DNA from: Podarcis bocagei
Taxonomy: Eukaryota
Strand: one strand, 5' to 3'
Length of the DNA stretch: 64,000 bases
NCBI GenBank assembly: GCA_964188305.1
Contig: OZ076886.1
Positions within the stretch are counted from its first letter, which is position 1. Each line of letters begins with the position of its first letter. Below the pieces are notes generated by a model. It was not told the DNA's origin. It saw only the letters and a list, made by a program, of their open reading frames with translations, and did no database searches. Positions 52,796 to 64,000 of this stretch are shown piece by piece. Made by a program: the position numbers and the translations under genes.

Positions 52796-55700
52796 CTGTA
52801 AAGCAAATGCAATTATTTTCACAATAATGAAGAATAATCTACATAGAAAATGCAAAGGCACACTTCATTCTGAGGCCTATGAGCACAGTACCTGTCAGAG
52901 AGCTAATCACCTAATAACTGCCACCTCAATTGGTAATGCAAATTGACAGTGTAGCTGAACAGAATCCCTCCACCACAGCAAACCACCAGATTTACCAATG
53001 TCGTAAGTATAATGGCTGCTTAGAATTAATTAAGCCATTTGGGGCTGTATACAACTGCTTAATGTATTTATTTGGGACTCTGGTTTCTATTCCATCCTTT
53101 ATCAGTTTACAATCCCAGGGCTGGTTACAACAATAAAATCCACATAAAAACCATTCGAAACATCAAAAAAAACCCCTACAATATAAAAACATGGCTTTGC
53201 AGCAGACAAGGCAACTGACCACTTTTCAGCTGAACACCCCAAGTGTCTTTTAAGTACATACTATAAAAATGCAATTCCTTCTTCTTATGTAGCAATATTA
53301 TTTCAGTATTATGTGATAAATCACTGGTTTATCCCCACCATCTGATAGCGATATCTGTAGAATGACTAAAAGTGGACTAACTTTTCATTTTCCTCGGATA
53401 TACTGCTGGGCTGAAAGTTTCCCTGTGCATTGCCTCAATTTTTTTCTAATGTCACCTTGGGTTTCAGTTACTGGCTGAACATGCGCCTTGCAGTGAATTG
53501 ATTTTTTTAAAAAGGTTACAGTTTTGTCTTTCTCTAAGGGCAACAAAGTAGTTCAAAAAACACTGGATTCTTAAAGGTAACTTAAAGAGTGATCTTATGG
53601 CCATAAGCCAATGCTGTACCAGTGTAATGTTGCTGCAATCCTACATACTCCAAGCAGGAAAGTAGATAATAGCATAATTGCAGCAGAAACCAGAAGCAAA
53701 ATAGTGATACTGATAGATACTCCACATAGACCCCAGCAACTCCAGCATCACTCACTCATCATCACGAAGCTCACTAAGAAATCTCCATAGCATCCACAGA
53801 CACAAGTGTTACTTATGTACTCTGCTTATATTGATTAGCCATTGCTATTTATGTGTTTCAAATTCTTCCTCTGTGCCCTTCCAATATGCCCTTTTGCCAA
53901 AATTCCCCTTTTTTGTGTCCATGGTTCTATAACCATTGGGACGGATTCATTTAGTCTCATGATCCACATTTTCATATATCAGCAGTGTTCCCTTTCCTGT
54001 GTTTACTCAGGGATCTGTGCTGGTTTCTGGTCAGAATCCTCTCCTCCAGTATATATGGAGGGGGGAGCAGTTTGTATGTGGCTCTCCATTAACTCTAAAG
54101 GGAATGTATTTTTCATATGCCACCTCTTTTGCTAGTATAATGTTGCAATGACATTGGGAGTTAGAACAACTTGGGCATGAGCATAGGATTCCAATTATGC
54201 TGTGCTCCAAATTCCACTAATTTTCCCCATGGTTTTGGCAGTGTCCCCATAGGGTAAGGTTTATGCTGGCGCAGTATACTGCCAATGCAATCCCATCACT
54301 ATGCTGGCATAGATCCACCATGCTGGCATAACATTTTGTTCTGTTAGTCAACGAGGATATAGTTTATCATATCTCAGAATATGAGTACAATGCTAGTGTT
54401 TTATATATTCCCAGTTGTGTAACTATACATATGCATATTTTGTTCAGATTGTGCCTCATGATCAATATTTTGAACATAATTTTAACATTAACAGTTTAGG
54501 TACATCACCAGGAAAAAAAGGGGGGATCTGACCTATCGAAGTTTCCATAGGGGAAATCACAGCTTCCTGGGATAACACTTGCTTATATTACTGTGCAAAT
54601 GCAAAATAGTTTCTCCCAATTTATTAGCATTTAAAAATTCTGCAGGTTCCCCAGTCCTACACTCCTCCGGTTACAACATACATGTATGCTTGACAATATG
54701 AGGAGTGATTCACATGTTCCTAGATGTGGGACTGGCAGAAATGCCCATTGCTCAAATTTCCAAATATTTTCTTCTGATATCATACCCAAATTGGGACTCA
54801 CAGATCTTCGTCTTCCATCAATTGCTTCCTATTGCTCTGTTACAGATTGAATTCATACAGCCTGTGCTGGCTGTATCCAGTTACCTTTCATTCTCATCTG
54901 GCTTGGAATTGCTTCAAATATTCTAAATAAGAAGCTAGCAGGGAAAGATGAATTGTGTATTCTCTCTTATTGCACTTTTGAGGCAACATTTGGAAAGAAA
55001 TTCATACAAATATTGCATATTTATTCTTTTAAGAGTTTTCACTTACTGTACTCCTTTCTTGCTGCTTACTCGGGCATGTTACACTCGGGGCCAGTTTCAA
55101 TAGGTGGTACCCTACTAACTCAATCCATCAGTATAAGAATCTCTGCTTGTGCAATGGAACTTTCTCCCCTTTCCTCCCCCCATGCCCCCCAAACCTGTTC
55201 TAGAAGTTCCCTCAACCTACCAGAGCACATCTGGGGAGACTGTAGGGTGCATGCAGAGAGGAAAGGGAGGAGTTCCATTACGCAAGCAGAAATCAATGCA
55301 TGGATTGAGCAAGTTAGTTGGGTACCAACAAATGGGGGTCTTTTTACATTCAAATAAGTATAGGCTCTCCCCAACTGGAAGCATTCACTTTTTGCTGCAG
55401 TACAGCGCTGCAGTACAGCGGGGGAAACATCAAAATTTGGTTTCATTTGACTTATTCTCCAATTTATTTCAAACCTATTTATGTATTTATCCCTGGCAAA
55501 GCCAATGAGGTGCCCTCATTGTAAGACTAACAATTCCCATCAGTCCCAACCAGCAAGGCCAATGGTCAGGGATGCTGGGAATTGTGGCCCAAAAAGCATC
55601 TGAAGGGCACCAGGGCAGGCTACCCATGATTTATACTGCCCTTCTCTGCTTCACTAATATCTGATGAAATGAATGCCCATGATGGTTTATGACAAGACTG

Positions 55701-58003
55701 GTTAATTGCTAACTCCTGTAACAGCTTCTAACTTAATTTGCAGCAATACACCTACAGACACATCCATTAAACTCTCAGTGTTCATAAATCTTCCATGCTG
55801 TCTTTAAGCACAGCCTTTACCAAATCAAAATATAGACTATTCCTTAAGCGTGACATCAGCTTAAAATATTGAACAAATGCTTTGCCTGGTCTAATTAAGA
55901 ATAAACATGGGATGCTACTGGCATTCCCACTTTTCTTGAAGTTGTTAAAACTTAACAGATAACAGCCTTACTCTTGCACCTACTTTTATTTCCCTAGCCA
56001 GCCTACTAACCCTCATCCTCTTTCTTTGATCAGCAATTACTGTGCCAGATGCCACAGTGGGGTAGGGTTCTTTCCAAAAGCAGCATCTGGTTGTTTGGCA
56101 GATTTCCCAGTTCCTTCTGGCAGGTTTGGCATTTTCAGAGGGCCTGTCATACACTGCTGCTGTGATCTGACAGAGTTTTCCTAAGAAGCTATCTCATTCC
56201 TCTCTCCCCCTTCACTCCCTCTGCCTTGATAAATGTTACAAGTAACTATAGGTCCAAGTTCTCCTAAGAGTTCTCTAATTAGATACTTTACTCTCCCAAA
56301 AGAACACCTCATCGTAGATATTGAATAATTAGCTTGAAGCTTACATTTTGTTAAAAGGGGCTCAGATTGAAGTTACTTATAGCCCTGCTTTTAAAACAAT
56401 AATAATTATAATAATACATAAATCAGGCTCAGCCTTTCACTTCTGGAGAGGAGAGAGAGATAAAATAGTGAAACGCTACTCAGTACTTGATAAAACAGAA
56501 AATAGTATGGACTGAGCTGGCTCTTTTCCTTTCAGAGAGATAAGTATAGAGGCAAATTAATTGAAAAACTACTTGCCATGTATGCAGAGTCTCAGAGACT
56601 ATACAGGTATGTGTGTATTTAAAATTGGAGTCGCTAACTTATGGTCTTCCAAATAATGCAGGAGTATAATCCCCAGAATGCTGGTTAGGACTGATGTAAA
56701 CTGGAGTCGGGGAATATCTGGAGAGCTAGAGTTTACTCACCCTATTTTAACGCATGATTAAATGGTATTCAAGTTCCGGAGAAGATTCACCTACTATGAG
56801 TGATATACTCTATCAGCTCTACTACATATTCAGAGCTCCCATGAGTAAGTGGTGTCCCATTAATAAAGAGAAAAAATTATGGGCAATTTTGATGATATGT
56901 GAACAAAACATCCACTAACATTCAAGTAAACGTTGCAGTCCACAATTAATCAGATCTCTGTTTGCATAGTAAATCCCAATAGAACCTTGTGTTAAGATAA
57001 CCGCGTCACTTTGCACTTTAGAAGATCTGTCAAATATTAATTGCCTTGCCTGGGGCCAATTGCCACTTGATTCCCTTTCCCAGAACTCTCACCATGTGTG
57101 TTCACCCATTTCAACACCCATTGTACCCGGTTTTCTCTGAGGAAGAGTTTAAATATCAAAGGACCTTCTGTTGTAGGGCTGGGGAACCTTTGGCCCTCCA
57201 GATGTTGCTGAACTACAACTCCCATCAGCCCCAGCAAGCATGGCCAATGGCCAAGGATGGCGAGAGCTGCAGGTTCAGCAACATTTGGGGGTTCTGTTGG
57301 CTCAGTTCTGAGCAATAAGAACTTGTCACTAACAATTCCATATGGCTGCTATCAAAGGGAGAAGCAAGACATTGAGGTCCCTTCCACTGTCCTAGCTGGG
57401 TGGGACCAATGGCCATTTGGCCCCTCCCTCCCACAACTACCACAAGGATGGGGGATCTTGGTCAGCCTGTGAACTTCATGGAAAACTTTCAGCGACCACA
57501 TGGCTATAGAAGGCAGCACCAGTACCAAATGTTGACACAGTAAAAGTGCGCAGAGTCAGAGCCCACTCTCTCTTTCTACCTCACACACACACCTCACTTG
57601 TTGGCTCCTTTCCTGTTTTTTTAAAAAGCTTCCATTGGTGCCAACAGAAGCTTTTCTGGGATTTTCCCTAATGTCAGGGATTGGGGGGGGGGGGAGAAGT
57701 GTCATACTACATGGATAGGGAGGTACAGGTAAGAAAGGACGAGTTAAACTTCCTCTCCCCAGCTTTACACCCCTGAAAACTACCACCACAGCAATGAGGC
57801 TTTAGGAAATACCTCAGATTGGCATCAATTACATGTTTTAAAAGCTTAATTACTGCACAGGGCCAGGGAAACCATAGGCCACTTCTGGTCCAAGGGCTAT
57901 AGGTTCATTGCCCCCTGATCTACAGCTATTCTGTCTGATCATTCTATGTAATGGCAGGGACCCATTTTGTATAATACTCATGAATATACAAAATTATTAA
58001 TAA

Positions 58004-58004
<1 letters not shown>

Positions 58005-58054
<50 letters not shown>
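58005..58054. repeat. (TTA)n microsatellite
   Basis: Direct reading. Confidence 0.95.
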
Positions 58055-58056
<2 letters not shown>

Positions 58057-59739
58057 AAATGCAAATGCACATTTGGCTTCAGTTTGCACTTCAAGTTATC
58101 AGGTTTGAAAAGGGAACTCAAGCATTTAGCAGTAGAAGAAATGCACAAGTTCACTTTTCAGATGTGACAAGCATGGTTCAAAAAGCAGGCACATCTGCTT
58201 TATCGTGGTGCATTTGCTTTTTGCTATTTGTGCAATAATACACCCTGCATCTGCAGCCTGCCAGGAATTTAAGGTCACTCTCGCACTTGAGATCCCAACA
58301 TACAGTCAATTTAATTATAAAACAGTGTTTGGGGGATAACCTTTGAGATTTCATACATGCAATCTGTAACAGCAAGTAGCTCATCTTGGAGGAGACAGCA
58401 TCTTTTCAAAACAACTGAGGGCAACAGCTAAATATTACTTTTAGAAAGGTGGAGGGAGAGAAGAATAAGATTTTTTTTTCATTTTTCTGCTTTAATATGG
58501 CCTTTTCACATTGAAAGCACAACTTTGTTGAACAGTACTAGTCAACTTGGCATTATCACAAACTAGTATTGTCAAGCATGGAAAAGAGAAAATGTATCAT
58601 TGGCTCCTGAGTGGTAAAAGCTACATAATAGCTATACAGTAATAGATAAGGGACAAAACATGAAAGCTCATTATAATATCTATACTATGTTTACTCTATA
58701 ATTATCTTAAACAACTATACTTTAAATGTCAAGGGGGCATTGCAACCACACACTTCACATACAGAGTTATCGCCTTGCTCCTATTGTAACAGTTTCATTT
58801 ACAAACCTCAGTAATGAACCCAATCGCAGAAATTGCTGGAGGGTGGAGGGAATGTAACAAGCTCATGTAAAGTTAAACATTTGTATTGTTGTTCCCAAGG
58901 TGGGGCATCATTTGGCTTCACTGCAATGCCCTAAAGAGAAAGTTTTAGGCTACAATTCCATGCTCACTTACTTGGGAGTTAATGTCTTGGAACTCAGTGG
59001 GACATATGAGTAAACATCCATAGGATGAGGTTATTAACAGAGTTCTCTCTCTCCTTAGTAGTGGCAGTGAGCATCTACAGAGCGCCTCATCCATCATGTT
59101 CCTAAGCTGGATTTTAAACATTTGCCATATGCTTCCAATTTAGTTTAATTGCACTAAACTTCAGGTATGTTAAAACATGGGAAAAGGAAGACACTGCATT
59201 ATGTTAACATTTAATTTTTAAAGTACATTTGAAACTAAATGTTTGAGAAAGTGAATGTTACTTTGCTAAAACTTCTTAGTCCTATAGAAGGTCCCCTTTC
59301 CTTCCATTCAGCACATTCTCCTTCTGTACTTAATAATTATGTCTTCCACTGTCATCAAGTACAGGATCAGAAAGTTCAAGGATATGCCTCCTAAGTCAAC
59401 TCAATAGGCCCTTATGTGCTTCACTAAGATATTTATTTGTTTAAACTACTCATAGGCTAAATTTAAGGGTTATGCCCAGCCAAGGGAGCTTCCAGCAAAA
59501 TATATGAAAGCCAAAATATTAACACTACAATAATCTACAATAATAACACCACTACTATCACCAACAGAACAAGCCATGAAACTTAAAAACAAAACATCCA
59601 GCAAAATACCAAACACCAGTAAATAATTACAGCAAAAAAAACAATTAAATTTGATTCCTGATCTCTAACTTAAAGCACTTCAGCAACAGTTAGCATGCGT
59701 GCGGATCTTCATGCCTACCCCCTCCAATTTACTCTAGAG

Positions 59740-59874
59740 CAGCGGTTCTCAACCTGTGGGTCCCCAGATGTTGGACTACAACTCCCATCATCCCTGAGCT
59801 CTGGCCTTGCTAGCTAGGGGTGATGGGAGTTGTAGTTCAACAACATCTGGGGACCCACAGGTTGAGAAAGGCTG
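59740..59874. mobile_element. hAT-Charlie-like MITE with perfect 8-bp TSD
   Basis: CTCTAGAG|CAGCGGTTCTCAACCTGTGGGTCCCCAGATGTTG...GGTTGAGAAAGGCTG|CTCTAGAG; NTCTAGAN is the known Charlie target preference. Confidence 0.92.
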
Positions 59875-61816
59875 CTCTAGAGGGTCCCCAGGCCTCTTGA
59901 AATTATTTGGCAGAGAGGCAGTGTGGGATGCAGGAGGGAGGACAGCACAGGGGAAATTCCATTGTGCAAGCAGGACCCCATAAGCAGAAGCCTCTTGTAA
60001 GCCAGTTGCTCCTGGAAGCCTGTGATGAACACCTTCCTCAGGTATGTAGGTTGTCCAGACCTAAAGATTTCCTTCTAGTGAGTACACAATGCACAGAGAG
60101 GAAGTCTCAATGTCCTGCTGAGAGATGCATTAACTTTACAACAATTCATCCAATGATCTTTCCATTTTTCAAAAGAAAGAATTTCGCTGCCAAGGAAAGT
60201 GAAAGGTAGACTGTCGAAGTGCATCCTAAGGAACAAATGATACCAATTTTCTGAGCCTGGCCATCTCTACAAACTACTTGTGAAATGGAAAGAATACTTT
60301 AAAATCACAGAACTGAGAAAGAAAAAAGAACCTTCCACTAAGGCTATGACTATCATTCTTGAGCCCTGTATGACCTCAGCCAAACGGGGTCATCTAAGCC
60401 AAAGCTTTTTCTCCTTGAAAATTCAGGTCAAACAAAGTACATTTCTGATAGAATAATAACTATTCTATTAAACTTCTTGCATATTAGCATTGTCACAATG
60501 AAAACTGAAGAGGCTAGTACTTCTACAGTATCTCAGACTCTCCCTAGCAAGAAATACTGCCTAACTAAAATGGATAAAATAAAGGAAATTCAGCTATGCA
60601 GCCACCCTCCACATATTTAAAACAGCACAACTTAAGTAACTATACAGTGTCACTTCAAAAACCAGTGGTACAAATTATACTGAGGTCCCTGAGGTGGCCC
60701 AAAATTCATCCAGTTTCCACTTTAAGACATTCTAATTGGGAAGAAATGGGAAGAAACTGGGATAATCTCAAAAGAAGTGGCAAATATCTTTGTACCTAAA
60801 ACCACAAATTAAGTGTATATTAGAAATACAGTAGTGGCAGGCAGGGCGGCTTTCCTGATGACTGCCAGTAACAGAGAGGAGAGTGGCAAGGTTGCAGCAG
60901 CAGTGTGTGGCATTGGGAAACCAAGTCAGCTTGTCAGGAAAACCTGTCATATTCACAAGTGAAATTTGAGAGTTCAGCACCCAGAATAGTGTAAGAACTT
61001 TCATTACTAATATGATTTTTTAAAATGCAGATTAGTGAAGGTGCATTAATTAAATGATAACTAAGACAGACATTGAGAAATAGAATATAACTCAACTCCT
61101 TAAGTCAAATGCAGATTTCTGCTTGTGACCCAGCATAAAGATGACACATTTTTAAACATACCTTTTAGAACTCTCCCATTATAGAAATGTGTTGCATATG
61201 TGCACATGGATCACATATGCAAAATGTGGAAAGCAAGCTTGTACAGCAGCTAATATTAAATAAGCACATGTGATGATGGCAATATGGCTTATGAAACAAG
61301 GACCTGGCCACTGCCTTTCAAGGCATACTAATATAACTCACCCTTAAAAAGTAACTGTTCCTTTAGTGTTGCAGAACAGTTTTGAATATTTATTAGAAGC
61401 AGAAAAGGCATAAAAATGACTCGTTCATTTATTCATTTGGATTTTTTCATACAGCACTATCAGTGATTCAGTGCAGACATAGCTATGGTATGGATATCAG
61501 AAACATCCTGTAGAGTTTCCCACCTCATTAACTTCCATTTAACGATGTTAAATATATATATATATCCACACTGGCACTTACTAGGGCACCAAGATTCCTC
61601 AAACCCATGACTTAAAGTGGATTTGAAACCACAGTAGGCGACTATGTTCTTTTAGGTACCTGTAAACACTTTTTAAAAATTCCATAAGCCCATGCCCATT
61701 TAGAGGTATTTAGTTATGTATACTTGTTTTTAATTTAGTTTATTAAATTGGTATTTTTTTAAATGCTGATTTTAATCTTTGAATTATTGACAGTTATTTT
61801 AATTTATTTTATGTAC

Positions 61817-61818
<2 letters not shown>

Positions 61819-61853
<35 letters not shown>
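61819..61853. repeat. (CA)n microsatellite
   Basis: Direct reading. Confidence 0.95.
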
Positions 61854-61855
<2 letters not shown>

Positions 61856-61921
61856 TTTATGCATTTTTATAAACAATGAAATAAATGGTTTGGGGCAACT
61901 TGGATGGCCTTAAACACAGTA

Positions 61922-62163
61922 CAGTGGTACCTCAGGTTACATACGCTTCAGGTTACATACTCTTCAGGTTACAGACTCCGCTAACCCAGAAATAGTACCT
62001 CAGGTTAAGAACTTTGCTTCAGGTTGAGAACAGAAATCGTGCTCCGGCGGCGTGGCGGCAGCAGGAGGCCCCATTAGCTAAAGTGGTGCTTCAGGTTAAG
62101 AACAGTTTCAGGTTAAGTACAGACCTCCGGAATGAATTAAGTACTTAACCCAAGGTACCACTG
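61922..62163 (+). mobile_element. Tc1/mariner (pogo/Tigger-like) MITE, 242 bp, TA TSD
   Basis: TA|CAGTGGTACC...GGTACCACTG|TA; sister copy of 22261-22502. Confidence 0.92.
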
Positions 62164-62516
62164 TATCAAGGAAAGAGTGAACCAGCAACATATTCCCAAA
62201 CTCCACGGTTCATGTGTCTAGTGTCAGTGATACAATGTGTACAAAACAGCATGACTCCTTTGGCTTTAATAAAATAAAGCTGATTCAGGATTGATGATGT
62301 GTCAAGGCAAATGATCCTGAAAACCAAGAGGGAAAAATTATAACTCTGTTTCCAGTGTAGTACTGAAAACTAAGAGAACTCTTTCAATCTGTCAGGGCCC
62401 TGTTATATTTAGAATTTAAATGAGAGTCATCAGCATCAATATTTTACAACTTAATCAGCACCGTCTTACAACCTCCTGGAATCAGCCACATAATCATTCT
62501 AATCATCAATACTCAC

Positions 62517-62659
62517 TGGATCTTGACAGCTGAGAACCTCCAGGATGCTGTTGAGTAATTCAACACAATACTTCTTCTCTTGGTTTTGTGCCTCTTCCCT
62601 TGGATCCAGTAATTCCTTCAGTTCTTTGGTAATGACAGGAAGCAGGATATCTCTACATT
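62517..62659 (-). CDS. DOCK2: DOCK2 internal coding exon (~human exon 26), 143 bp
   Basis: Encodes (E)[47 protein letters not shown], matching recalled DOCK2. Acceptor ttactttcag|AA and donor CCA|gtgagt on the - strand. Confidence 0.94.
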
Positions 62660-63004
62660 CTGAAAGTAATAATTTGCTACTTAAGATTATCACAGAAATT
62701 TTCCTGTTTTTCTTCCCAGAAAGCATACAATGCAGCTCCCCCTCCCACAACTATGCTTAATTCCAATCACTTCCCATGTAGAGCCTTCTGGCTTCTATCC
62801 CCTTTCATCTTACCAATGTAAACATGAAGAAAGCAATTAGGATCTACAGAATGAATGTCTAAGTAACTAAAGGCAGTTCAGCAAAGAGTAATACCACATT
62901 CTACACTTCATGAAGATCTGGCTGGTGAATGAATCAATCATTCTGAACAGAGTACATGTGTATGCTTTGTGGGTAATAAATGTCTTCCTGCAATGCCAAT
63001 TTCC

Positions 63005-63047
<43 letters not shown>
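63005..63047. repeat. (TTA)n microsatellite
   Basis: Direct reading. Confidence 0.95.
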
Positions 63048-63049
<2 letters not shown>

Positions 63050-64000
63050 ACTTTTCTTGTCGCATTAATAAAAGAGAAAGTGAAAAGCTGACCAAGAGCT
63101 AGAAAGGCAGCAAAATATACATTGAAAATGTGAAGCTTGCATACGTTTGACAGCAAATCAGAGCAAATAAATCCAAATGGCATGGAAAACTATGCAGAAG
63201 ACCAATTTGCCAAAAAACAAACAAACCAACAACAACAACCCAAACACATTATCTATGAAGCTGAGCTAAGTTCTGCCCACAACATTTATATTCAAGATTG
63301 TTCCTAGAACATCCTTGGAAAAGCAAGAGTGCCTCTTACTCATGAATTGTGCATATGCACACTACTTCAGATATTTGGGGAAAGGAGAGAAACAATGTAA
63401 CAGACACTCAGCATCTAAGCCAGAGATATAACTGTTCATGAAACATAAACATGCATCATCAAAACTCAAGAATGGCCATCTGTAACCCTACTCTTCCTAC
63501 CAAAATTTCACACCCAACATCCCCAAATGCCACCTTCAGCACCAGAAAGAAAACACTCATTTTCCCCAGCAACTTATTTTATGGTGAATAAAAAAATATG
63601 ACATATGAAGAATATAACATGGTGTGAAAAGCTGGGTGATGGTGGTGGTTTTATGTTAGAATATTAACTGGCCAATTCTGACACAGTCCCTAGTTATACC
63701 TGACATAGTATTGTTTAGTAGGGTTTCTGCATCTGAATCTAACAAGTCCCAAGGTGGTGAGATGCCTCAGAAGTATTGGGGTTGATTGTCACAGGTGAAA
63801 GGGGATCTTTATGAGGTATCACAAGTCAAAGGAAGGACTCCTGAAGCATTGACAATAATGCAGACAAACATTGGCTGAAAGGGGAGAAAATTATTTTACC
63901 AGCATTTTCCAATCCCAGTGCTTTGGTGAAGGAAGCAGCTTTTCAAGAACAAAACTTATGCCTCTGAGATCAAGGAAGGTGTGAAGGTGAGGCGTGGAAA

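Overview
This is vertebrate nuclear DNA from a squamate, most likely a lacertid lizard judging by the Sauria/Squam1-type and Squam3-type SINEs. It lies inside the DOCK2 gene (- strand). Two DOCK2 coding exons are present (62517-62659 and 52700-52795, equivalent to human exons ~26 and ~27), and everything left of 52700 is the large following DOCK2 intron. Nested antisense in that intron is the complete three-exon CDS of INSYN2B/FAM196B (+ strand; 27570-28858, 31444-31518, 43119-43299; 514 aa), with a long uATG-rich leader and a probable ~3.4 kb 3' UTR. The rest is intronic sequence full of CR1, L2 and BovB LINE fragments, SINEs, hAT/mariner/Harbinger-like MITEs, a truncated fish-type Tc1 transposon, an APE-endonuclease LINE 5' relic, a degraded Gypsy gag and microsatellites. 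I found no convincing novel biological system; the nested gene arrangement is already known from mammals. The best leads are INSYN2B leader and splicing details, a few candidate cis-elements, and TE relics including a possible horizontal transfer. All comparisons to human proteins and repeat consensus sequences are from memory and were not database-verified.
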